From positions 318,432,001-318,496,000 of the forward strand of contig OZ024740.1 of NCBI GenBank assembly GCA_964016885.1: a stretch of 64,000 nucleotides of DNA, in the 5' to 3' direction. Origin of the DNA: Eledone cirrhosa. Taxonomy: Eukaryota. Shown here piece by piece: positions 28,401-42,000 of this stretch. Within the stretch, counting starts at the first letter, position 1. Each line of letters starts with the position of its first letter. A program made the position numbers and the translations under genes. The notes beneath the pieces are model-generated. The model had not been told where the DNA came from and searched no databases. It saw nothing but the letters and a program-made list of their open reading frames with translations.

Positions 28401-31400
28401 CCATGACTTACATTCTATCTGACATTAAGGACTCTACCAATTCGAAGTCTATCTATTACAGTACTAACAACAAATAATCCAGGATTCTATCGTCTATTTC
28501 CACAACTTACATTCTATCTGATATTCTAACGACTCTACCAATTCGCTGTATTTCTACTACAATACTAACTTCAAATAATCCAGGATTGTCTCATCTATTT
28601 CCACAACTTACATTCTATCTGACATTCAAAGGACTCTATCAATTCGAAGTCTTTCTACTACAATACTCACAACAAATAATCCAGGATTGCCTCGTCTTTT
28701 TCCACACCTTACATTCTATCTGACATTCTAACGACTCTACCAATTCGCTGTATTTCTACTACGATACTAACTTCAAATAATCCAGGATTGTCTCGTCTAT
28801 TTCCACAACTTACATTCTATCTGATATTCTAACGACTCTACCAATTTGAAGTCTTTCTACTACAATACTAACAACAAATAATCCAGGATTTCTCGTCTAT
28901 TTCCAAAACTTTCATTCTAACTGATATTCGAACGACTCTACCAATTCGAAGTCTTTCTACTACAATACTCACAACAAATAATCCAGGATTGTCTCGTCTA
29001 TTTCCACAACTTACATTCTATCTCAGTTTCTAACGAGTCTACCAATTCGCTGTATTTATACTACAATACTCACGACAAATAAACCAGGATTGTCTCGTCT
29101 ATTTCCACAACTTACATCCTATCTGACATACTAACGACTCTACCAATTCGAAGTCTTTCTACTACAATACTAACTTTAAACAATCCAGGATTGTCTCCTC
29201 TATTTCCACAACTTACATTCTATCTGACATTCTAACGACTCTACCAATTCGATGTCTCTCTACTACAATACTCACAACAAATAATCCAGGATTGTCTCGT
29301 CTTTTTCCACAACTTACATTCTATCTGACAGTCAAACGACTCTATCAATTCGAAGTCTTTCTACTACAATACTAACGTCAAATAATCCAGGATTGTCTCG
29401 TCCATTTCCACAACTTACATTGTATCTGACATTCTAACGACTCTACCAATTCGAAGTCTATCTATTACAGTACTAACAACAAATAATCCAGGATTCTATC
29501 GTCTATTTCCACAACTTACATTCTATCTGATATTCTAACGACTCTACCAATTCGCTGTATTTCTACTACAATACTCACAACAAATAATCCAGGATTGTCT
29601 CGTCTATTGCCACAAATTACATTCTACCTGACATTCTAACGACTCTACCAATTCGAAGTCTTTCTACTACAATACTCACAACAAATAATCCAGGATTGTC
29701 TCGTCTATTTCCACAACTTACATTCTATCTGACATTCTAACGACTCTACCAATTCGAAGTTTTTCTATTACAATACTCACAACAAATAATCCAGGATTGT
29801 CTCGTCTATTCCCACAACTTACATTCTATGTGACATTCTAACGACTCTACCAATTCGAAGTTTTTCTACTACAATACTCACAACAAATAATCCAGGATTG
29901 TCTCGTCTATTTCCACAACTTACATTCTATCTGACATTCTAACGATTCTACCAATTCGAAGTTTTTCTACTACAATACTCACAACAAATAATCCAGGATT
30001 GTCTCGTCTATTCCCACAACTTACATTATATCTGACATTCTAATGACTCTACCAATTCGAAGTCTTTCTACTACAATACTAACAACAAATAATCTAAGAT
30101 TGTCTCGTCTATTTCCACAACTTACATTCTATCTGACATTCTAACGACTCTACCAATTCGAAGTATTTCTACTACAATACTCACAACAAATAATCCAGGA
30201 CTGTCTCGTCTATTTCCACAACTTACGTTCTATCTGACATTCTAAAGACTCTAACAATTCGAAGTCTTTCTACTACAATACTCAGAACAAATAATCCAGG
30301 TTTGTGTCGTCTATTTCCACAACTTACATTCTATCTGACATTCTAACGACTCTACCAATTCGATGTCTCTCTACTACAATACTCACAACAAATAATCCAG
30401 GATTGTCTCCCCTTTTTCCACAACTTACATTCTATCTGACATTCAAACGACTCTATCAATTCGAAGTCTTTCTACTACAATACTAACGTCAAATAATCCA
30501 GGATTGTCTCGTCCATTTCCACAACTTACATTCTATCTGACATTCTAACGACTCTACCAATTCGAAGTATTTCTACTACAATACTCACAACAAATAATCC
30601 AGGACTGTCTCGTCTATTTCCACAACTTACGTTCTATCTGACATTCTAAAGACTCTAACAATTCGAAGTCTTTCTACAACAATACTCAGAACAAATAATC
30701 CAGGTTTGTGTCGTCTATTTCCACAACTTACATTCTATCTGACATTCTAACGACTCTACCAATTCGATGTCTCTCTACTACAATACTCACAACAAATAAT
30801 CCAGGATTGTCTCCCCTTTTTCCACAACTTACATTCTATCTGACATTCAAACGACTCTATCAATTCGAAGTCTTTCTACTACAATACTAACGTCAAATAA
30901 TCCAGGATTGTCTCGTCCATTTCCACAACTTACATTCTATCTGACATTCTAACGACTCTACCAATTCGAAGTCTATCTATTACAGTACTAACAACAAATA
31001 ATCCATGATTCTATCGTCTATTTCCACAACTTACATTCTATCTGATATTCTAACGACTCTACCAATTCGCTGTATTTCTACTACAATACTAGCTTCAAAT
31101 AATCCAGGATTGTCTCATCTATTTCCACAACTTACATTCTATCTGATATTCGAACGACTCCACCAATTCGAAGTCTTTGTACTACAATACTAACAACAAA
31201 TGATGCAGGATTGTCTCGTCTATTTCCACAACTTACATTCTATCTGACATTCTAACGACTCTACCAATTCGAAGTCTTTCTATTACGATACTCACAACAA
31301 ATAATCCAGGATTGTCTCGTCTATTTCCACAACTTACATTCTACCTGACATTCTAACGACTCTACGAATTCGAAGTCTTTCTACTACAATACTCACAACA

Positions 31401-34400
31401 ATTAATCCAGGAATGTCTCGTCTATTTCCACACCTTACATTCTATCTGACATTCTAACGACTCCACCCATTCGTTGTATTTCTACTACAATACTAACTTC
31501 AAATAATCCAGGATTGTCTCGTCTACTTCCACAACTTACATTGTATCTGATATTCTAACGACTCTACCAATTCGAAGTCTTTCTACTACAATACTAACTT
31601 TAAACAATCCAGGATTGTCTCCTCTATTTCCACAACTTACATTCTATCTGACATTCTAACGACTCTACCAATTCGATTTCTTTCTACTACAATACTCACA
31701 ACAAATAATCCAGGATTGTCTCGTCTATTTCCACAACTTACATTCTATCTGACATTCAAACGACTCTATCAATTCGAAGTCTTTCTACTACAATACTAAC
31801 GTCAAATAATCCAGGATTGTCTCGTCCATTTCCATAACTTACATTCTATCTGACATTCTAACGACTCTACCAATTCGAAGTCTATCTATTACAATACTAA
31901 CAACAAATAATCTAGGATTGTCTCGTCTATTTCCACAACTTACATTCTATCTGACATTCTAACGACTCTACCAATTCGAAGTTTTTCTACTACAATACTC
32001 ACAACAAATAATCCAGGATTGTCTCGTCCATTTCCATAACTTACATTCTATCTGACATTCTAACGACTGTACCAATTCGAAGTCTATCTATTACAGTACT
32101 AACAACAAATAATCCAGGATTCTATCGTCTATTTCCACAACTTACATTCTATCTGATATTCTAACGACTCTACCAATTCGAAGTCTTTCTACTACAATAC
32201 TAACGTCAAATAATCCAGGATTGTCTCGTCTATTTCCACAACTTACATTCTATCTGACATTCTAACGACTCTACCAATTCGAAGTCTTTCTACTACAATA
32301 CTCACAACAAATAATCCAGGATTGCCTCGTCTATTTCCACACCTTACATTCTATCTGACATTCTAACGACTCTACCAATTCGCTGTATTTCTACTACGAT
32401 ACTAACTTCAAATAATCCAGGATTGTCTCGTCTATTTCCACAACTTACATTCTATCTGATATTCTAACGACTCTACCAATTTGAAGTCTTTCTACTACAA
32501 TACTAACAACAAATAATCCAGGATTTCTCGTCTATTTCCAAAACTTTCATTCTATCTGATATTCGAACGACTCTACCAATTCGAAGTCTTTCTACTACAA
32601 TACTCACAACAAATAATCCAGGATTGTCTCGTCTATTTCCACAACATACATTCTATCTCAGTTTCTAACGAGTCTACCAATTCGCTGTATTTATACTACA
32701 ATACTCACGACAAATAAACCAGGATTGTCTCCTCTATTTCCACAACTTACATTCTATCTGACATTCTAACGACTCTACCAATTCGATGTCTCTCTACTAC
32801 AATACTCACAACAAATAATCCAGGATTGTCTCGTCTTTTTCCACAACTTACATTCTATCTGACATTCAAACGACTCTATCAATTCGAAGTCTTTCTACTA
32901 CAATACTAACGTCAAATAATCCAGGATTGTCTCGTCCATTTCCACAACTTACATCCTATCTGATATTCGAACGACTCTACCAATTCGAAGTCTTTGTACT
33001 ACAATACTAACAACAAATAATGCAGGATTGTCTCGTCTATTTCCACAACTTACATTCTATCTGACATTCTAACGACTCTACCAATTCGAAGTCTTTCTAT
33101 TACAATACTCACAACAAATAATCCAGGATTGTCTCGTCTATTTCCACAACTTACATTCTACCTGACATTCTAACGACTCTACGAATTCGAAGTCTTTGTA
33201 CTACAATACTCACAACAAATAATCCAGGATTGTCTCGTCTATTCCCACAACTTACATTCTATGTGACATTCTAACGACTCTACCAATTCGCTGTATTTAT
33301 ACTACAATACTCACGACAAATAAACCAGGATTGTCTCGTCTATTTCCACAACTTACATCCTATCTGACATACTAACGACTCTACCAATTCGAAGTCTTTC
33401 TACTACAATACTAACTTTAAACAATCCAGGATTGTCTCCTCTATTTCCACAACTTACATTCTATCTGACATTCTAACGACTCTACCAATTCGATGTCTCT
33501 CTACTACAATACTCACAACAAATAATCCAGGATTGTCTCGTCTTTTTCCACAACTTACATTCTATCTGACAGTCAAACGACTCTATCAATTCGAAGTCTT
33601 TCTACTACAATACTAACGTCAAATAATCCAGGATTGTCTCGTCCATTTCCACAACTTACATTGTATCTGACATTCTAACGACTCTACCAATTCGAAGTCT
33701 ATCTATTACAGTACTAACAACAAATAATCCAGGATTCTATCGTCTATTTCCACAACTTACATTCTATCTGATATTCTAACGACTCTACCAATTCGCTGTA
33801 TTTCTACTACAATACTCACAACAAATAATCCAGGATTGTCTCGTCTATTGCCACAAATTACATTCTACCTGACATTCTAACGACTCTACCAATTCGAAGT
33901 CTTTCTACTACAATACTCACAACAAATAATCCAGGATTGTCTCGTCTATTTCCACAACTTACATTCTATCTGACATTCTAACGACTCTACCAATTCGAAG
34001 TCTTTCTATTACAATACTCACAACAAATAATCCAGGATTGTCTCGTCTATTCCCACAACTTACATTCTATGTGACATTCTAACGACTCTACCAATTCGAA
34101 GTTTTTCTACTACAATACTCACAACAAATAATCCAGGATTGTCTCGTCTATTTCCACAACTTACATTCTATCTGACATTCTAACGATTCTACCAATTCGA
34201 AGTTTTTCTACTACAATACTCACAACAAATAATCCAGGATTGTCTCGTCTATTCCCACAACTTACATTATATCTGACATTCTAATGACTCTACCAATTCG
34301 AAGTCTTTCTACTACAATACTAACAACAAATAATCTAAGATTGTCTCGTCTATTTCCACAACTTACATTCTATCTGACATTCTAACGACTCTACCAATTC

Positions 34401-35810
34401 GAAGTATTTCTACTACAATACTCACAACAAATAATCCAGGACTGTCTCGTCTATTTCCACAACTTACGTTCTATCTGACATTCTAAAGACTCTAACAATT
34501 CGAAGTCTTTCTACTACAATACTCAGAACAAATAATCCAGGTTTGTGTCGTCTATTTCCACAACTTACATTCTATCTGACATTCTAACGACTCTACCAAT
34601 TCGATGTCTCTCTACTACAATACTCACAACAAATAATCCAGGATTGTCTCCCCTTTTTCCACAACTTACATTCTATCTGACATTCAAACGACTCTATCAA
34701 TTCGAAGTCTTTCTACTACAATACTAACGTCAAATAATCCAGGATTGTCTCGTCCATTTCCACAACTTACATTCTATCTGACATTCTAACGACTCTACCA
34801 ATTCGAAGTCTATCTATTACAGTACTAACAACAAATAATCCATGATTCTATCGTCTATTTCCACAACTTACATTCTATCTGATATTCTAACGACTCTACC
34901 AATTCGCTGTATTTCTACTACAATACTAGCTTCAAATAATCCAGGATTGTCTCATCTATTTCCACAACTTACATTCTATCTGATATTCGAACGACTCCAC
35001 CAATTCGAAGTCTTTGTACTACAATACTAACAACAAATGATGCAGGATTGTCTCGTCTATTTCCACAACTTACATTCTATCTGACATTCTAACGACTCTA
35101 CCAATTCGAAGTCTTTCTATTACGATACTCACAACAAATAATCCAGGATTGTCTCGTCTATTTCCACAACTTACATTCTACCTGACATTCTAACGACTCT
35201 ACGAATTCGAAGTCTTTCTACTACAATACTCACAACAATTAATCCAGGAATGTCTCGTCTATTTCCACACCTTACATTCTATCTGACATTCTAACGACTC
35301 CACCCATTCGTTGTATTTCTACTACAATACTAACTTCAAATAATCCAGGATTGTCTCGTCTACTTCCACAACTTACATTGTATCTGATATTCTAACGACT
35401 CTACCAATTCGAAGTCTTTCTACTACAATACTAACTTTAAACAATCCAGGATTGTCTCCTCTATTTCCACAACTTACATTCTATCTGACATTCTAACGAC
35501 TCTACCAATTCGATTTCTTTCTACTACAATACTCACAACAAATAATCCAGGATTGTCTCGTCTATTTCCACAACTTACATTCTATCTGACATTCAAACGA
35601 CTCTATCAATTCGAAGTCTTTCTACTACAATACTAACGTCAAATAATCCAGGATTGTCTCGTCCATTTCCATAACTTACATTCTATCTGACATTCTAACG
35701 ACTCTACCAATTCGAAGTCTATCTATTACAATACTAACAACAAATAATCTAGGATTGTCTCGTCTATTTCCACAACTTACATTCTATCTGACATTCTAAC
35801 GACTCTACCA
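22370..35810. repeat. ~52-monomer higher-order block (5249-5250 bp): two full copies plus a half copy
   Basis: AAGACTTTCT at 22691 and 27941 (5250). GGTTTGTGTCG marker ORFs at 25055, 30304, 34545. CTGTATTTAT..TCACGAC at 23801 and 33291 (9490). Copies are approximately 22370-27478, 27620-33131 and 33291-35810. Confidence 0.9.
30160..30965. repeat. 4-monomer (404 bp) tandem duplication nested in the second 52-mer copy
   Basis: The CTCAGAAC / GGTTTGTGTCG monomers occur twice (pseudo-ORFs at 30304 and 30708, offset 404). The offset to copy 1 changes from 5249 to 5653 after it. Confidence 0.9.
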
Positions 35811-38800
35811 ATTCAAAGTTTTTCTACTACAATACTCACAACAAATAGTCCAGGATTGTCTCGTCTATTTCCACAACTTACATTCTATCTGACATTCTAA
35901 CGACTCTACCAATTCGAAGTCTATCTATTACAGTACTAACAACAAATAATCCAGGATTCTATCGTCTATTTCCACAACTTACATTCTATCTGATATTCTA
36001 ACGACTCTACCAATTCGCTGTATTTCTACTACAATACTAACTTCAAATAATTAAGGATTGTCTCATCTATTTCCACAACTTACATTCTATCTGACATTCA
36101 AAGGACTCTATCAATTCGAAGTTTTCTACTACAATACTAACGTCAAATAATCCAGGATTGTCTCGTCTATTTCCACAACTTACATTCTATCTGACATTCT
36201 AACGACTCTACCAATTCGAAGTCTTTCTACTACAATACTAACAGCAAATAATCTAGGATTGTCTCGTCTATTTCCACAACTTACATTCTATCTGACATTC
36301 TAACGACTCTACCAATTCGAAGTTTTTCTACTACAATACTCACAACAAATAATCAATCATTGTATCGTCTATTTCCACAACTTACATTCTATATGAAATT
36401 CTAACGCCTCTATCAATTCGAAGTCTTTCTACTACAATACTCACAACAATTAATCCAGGAATGTCTCGTCTATTTCCACACCTTACATTCTATGTGACAT
36501 TCTACCGACTCTACCCATTCGCTGTTTTTCTACTACAATACTAACTTCAAATAATCCAGGATTGTCTCATCTATTTCCGCAACTTACATTCTATCTGATA
36601 TTCGAACGACTCTACCAATTCGAATTCTTTGTACTACAATACTAACAACAAATAATGCAGGATTGACTCGTCTATTTCCACAACTTACATTCTATCTGAC
36701 ATTCTAACGACTCTACCAATTCGAAGTCTTTCTATTACAATACTCACAACAAATAATCCAGGAGTGTCTCGTCTACTTCCACAACTTACATTGTATCTGA
36801 TATTCTAACGACTCTACCAATTCGAAGTCTTTCTACTACAATACTAACGTGAAATAATCCAGGATTGTCTCCTCTATTTCCACAACTTACATTCTATCTC
36901 ACATTCTAACGAGTCTACCAATTCGCTGTATTTCTACTACAATACTCACAACAAATAAACCAGGATTGTCTCGTCTATTTCCAGAACTTACATTCTATCT
37001 GACATACTAACGACTCTACCAATTCGAAGTCTTTCTACTACAATACTAACGTCATATAATCCAGGATTGTCTCGTCTATTTCCACAACTTACATTCTATC
37101 TGACATTCTAACGATTCTACCAATTCGAAGTTTTTCTACTCCAATACTCACAACAAATAATCAAGGATTGTATCTTCTATTTCCACAACGTACATTCTAT
37201 CTGACATTCTAACGACTCTACCAATTCGAAGTCTTTCTACTACAATACTCACAACAATTAATCCAGGAATGTCTCGTCTATTTCCACACCTTACATTCTA
37301 TCTGACATTCTAACGACTCTACCCATTCGCTGTATTTCTACTACAATACTAACTTCAAATAATCCAGGATTGTCTCGTCTACTTCCACAACTTACATTGT
37401 ATCTGATATTCTAACGACTCTACCAATTCGAAGTCTTTCTACTACAATACTAACGTCAAATAATCCAGGATTGTCTCCTCTATTTCGACAACTTACATTC
37501 TATCTCACCTTCTAACGAGTCTACCAATTCGCTGTATTTCTACTACAATACTAACTTCAAATAATCCAGGATTGTCTCATCTATTTTCACAACTTACATT
37601 CTATCTGATGTTCGAACGACTCTACCAATTCGAAGTCTTTGTACTACAATACTAACAACAAATAATGCAGGATTGTCTCGTCTATTTCCACAACTTACAT
37701 TCTATCTGACATTCGAAGGACTCTACCAATTCGAAGTCTTTCTACTACAATACTCACAACAAATAATCCAGGATTGTATCGTCTATTTCTACAACTTACA
37801 TTCTATCTGACATTCTAACGACTCTACCAATTCGAAGTCTTTCTATTACAATACATACAACAAATAATCCAGGATTGTCTCATCTATTTCCACACCTTAC
37901 ATTCTATCTGACATTCTAACGACTCTACCAATTCGCTGTATTTCTACTACAATACTAACTTAAAATAATCCAGGATTGTCTCGTCTATTTCCACAACTTA
38001 CATTCTATCTGACATTCTAACGACTCTACGAATTCGAAGTCTTTCTACTACAATACTCACAACAAATAATCCAGGATTGTCTCGTCTATTTCCACAACTT
38101 ACATTCTATCTGACATTCAAACGACTCTATCAATTCGAAGTCTTTCTACTACAATACTAACAACAAATAATCCAGGATTGACTCGTCTATTTCCACAACT
38201 TACATTCTATCTGACATTCTAACGACTCTACCAATTCGAAGTTTTTCTACTACAATACTCACAACAAATAATCAAGGATTGTATCGTCTATTTCCACAAC
38301 TTACATTCTATCTGACGTTCTAACGACTCTATCAATTCGAAGTCTTTCTTCAACAATACTCACAACAAATAATCCAGGATTGTCTCATCTATTTCAACAA
38401 CTTACATTCTATCTGATATTCTAACGACTCTACCAATTTGAAGTCTTTCTACTACAATACTAACAACAAATAATCCAGGATCTCTCGTCTATTTCCACAA
38501 CTTACATTCTATCTGACATTCGAACGACTCTACCAATTCGAAGTCTTTCTACTAAAATACTAACTTTAAACAATCCAGGATTGTCTCCTCTATTTCCACA
38601 ACTTACATTCTATCTGACATTGTAACGACTCTACCAATTCGATGTCTTTCTACTACAATACTAATTTCAAATAATCCAGGATTGTCACCTCTATTTCCAC
38701 AACTTACATTCTATCTGACATTCTAATGACTCTACCAATTCGAAGTCTTTCTACTACAATACTCACAACAAATAATTCAGGGTTGTATCGTCTATTTCCA

Positions 38801-39081
38801 CAACTTACATTCTATCTGACATTCGAACGACTCTACCAATTCGCTGTATTTTTACTACAATACTAACTTCAAATAATCCATGATTGTCTCATCTACTTCC
38901 ACAACTTACATTCTATCTGATATTCGAACGACTCACTCAATTCGAAGTCTTTCTACTACAATACTCACAACAAATAATCCAGGATTGTCTCGTCTATTAC
39001 CACAACTTACATTCTATGTGACATTCTAACGACTCTACCAATTCGAAGTCTTTCTATTACAATACTCACGACAAAGAAATC

Positions 39082-42000
39082 AGGATTGTCTCGTCTATTT
39101 CCACAACTTACATTCTATGTGAAATTCTAACGACTCTACCAATTCGAAGTCTTTCTACTACAATACTCACAACAAATAATCCAGGATTGTCTCGTCTATT
39201 CCCACAACTTACATTATATCTGACATTCTAATAACTCTACCAATTCGAAATATTTCTACTACAATGCTCACAACAAATAATCCAGGATTGCCTCGTCTAT
39301 TTCCACAACTTACATTCTATCTGACATTCTAACGACTCTACCAAATCGAAGTCTTTCTACTACAATACTCACAACAAATAATCTAGGATTGTGTCGTCTA
39401 TTTCCACAACTTACATTCTATCTGACATTCTAACGACTCTACGAATTCGAAGTCTTTCTACTACAATACTCACAACAAGTAATCCAGGATTGTCTCGTCT
39501 ATTTCCACAACTTACATTCTATCTGACATTCAAACTACTCTATCAATTCGAAGTCTTTCTACTACAATACTAACGTCAAATAATCCAGGATTGTCTCCTC
39601 TATTTCCACAACTTACATTCTATCTCACATTCTAACGAGTCTACCAATTCGCTATATTTCTACTACAATACTCACAACAAATAAACCAGGATTGTCTCCT
39701 CTATTTCGACAACTTACATTCTATCTGACATTCTAACGACTCTACAGATTCGCTGTATTTCTACTACAATACTAACCTCAAATAATCCAGGATTGTCTCA
39801 TCTATTTCCACAACTTACATTCTCTCTGATATTCGAACGACTCTACCAATTCGAAGTCTTTCTACTACAATACTCACAACAAATAATCCAGGATTGTCTC
39901 GTCTATTTCCACAACTTACATTCTATCTGACATTCAAACGACTCTATCAATTCGAAGTCTTTCTACTACAATACTAACGTCAAATAATCCAGGATTTTCT
40001 CGTCCATTTCCACAACTTACATTGTATCTGACATTCTAGCGACTCTACCAATTCGAAGTCTTTCTACTACAATACTAACTTTAAATAATCCAGGATGGTC
40101 TCCTCTATTTCAACAACTTACATTCTATCTGACATTCTAACGACTCTACCAATTCGATGTCTTTCTACTATAATACTCACAACAAATAATCCAGGATTGT
40201 CTCGTCTATCTCCACACCTTACATTCTATCTGACATTCTAACGACTCTACCAGTTCGCTGTATTACTACTACAATACTCACAACAAATAAACCAGTATCG
40301 TCTCGTCTATCTCCACATCTTACATTCTATCTTACATACTAACGACTCTACCAATTCGAAGTCTTTCTACTACAGCACTAACTTTAAATAATCCAGGATT
40401 GTCTCCTCTGTTTCCACAACTTACATTCTATCTGACATTCTATCGACTCTACCAATTCGATGTCTTTCTAATACAGTACTCCTAACAAATAATCCAGGAT
40501 TGTCTCATCTATTTCTACATCTTACATTCTATCTGACATTCTAACGACTCTACCCATTCGCTCTATTTCTACTACAATACTAACTTCAAATAATCCAGGA
40601 TTGTCTCGTCTATTTCCACACCTTACATTCTATCTGATATTCTAACGACTCTACCAATTCGAAGTCTTTCTACTACAATACTCACAACAAATAATCCAGG
40701 ATTGTCTCGTCTATTTCCACAACTTACATTCTATCTGACATTCTAATGACTCTACCAATTCGCTGTCTTTCTACTACAATACTCACAACAAATAATCCAG
40801 GATTGTCTCGTCTATTTCCACAACTTACATTCTATCTGACATTTTAACGACTCTACCAATTCGAAGTCTTTCTACTACAATATTAACGTCACATAATCCA
40901 GGATTGTCTCCTCTATTTCCACAACTTACATTCTACCTGACATTCTAACGACTCTACCAATTCGGAGTTTTTCTGCTACAATACTCACAACAAATAATCC
41001 AGGATTGCCTCGTCTATTTCCACACCTTACATTCTATCTGACATTCTAACGACTCTACCAATTCTCTGTATTTCTACTACAATACTAACTCCAAATAATC
41101 GAGGATTGTCTCGTCTATTTCCACAACTTACATTCTATCTCACATTCTAACGAGTCTACCAATTCGCTGTATTTCTACTACAATACTCACAACAAATATA
41201 CCAGGATTGTCTCGTCTATTTCCACAACTTACATTCTATCTTACATACTAACGACTCTACCAATTCGAAGTCTTTCTACTACAATACTAACTTTAAACAA
41301 TCCAGGATTGTCTCGTCTATTTCCACAACTTACATTCTATGTGAAATTCTAACGACTCTACCAATTCGAAGTCTTTCTACTACAATACTCACACAAAATA
41401 ATCCAGGATTGTCTCGTCTATTCCCACAACTTACATTATATCTGACATTCTAATAACTCTACCAATTCGAAATATTTCTACTACAATGCTCACAACAAAT
41501 AATCCAGGATTGCCTCGTCTATTTCCACAACTTACATTCTATCTGACATTCTAACGACTCTACCAAATCGAAGTCTTTCTACTACAATACTCACAACAAA
41601 TAATCTAGGATTGTATCATCTATTTCTACAACTTACATTCTATCTGACATTCTAACGACTCTACCAATTCGAAGTCTTTCTGCTACAATACTCACAACAA
41701 ATAATCCAGGATTGCCTCGTCTATTTCCACACATTACATTCTATCTGACATTCTAACGACTCTACCAATTCTCTGTATTTCTACTACAATACTAACTTCA
41801 AATAATCGAGGATTGTCTCATCTATTTCCACAACTTACATTCTATCTGATATTCGAACGACTCACTCTACCAATTCGAAGTCTTTGTACTACCATACTAA
41901 AAACAAATAATGCAGGATTGTCTCGTCTATTTCCACAACTTACATTCTATCTGACATTCTAACTACTCTACCAATTCGAAGTCTTTCTATTACAATACTC

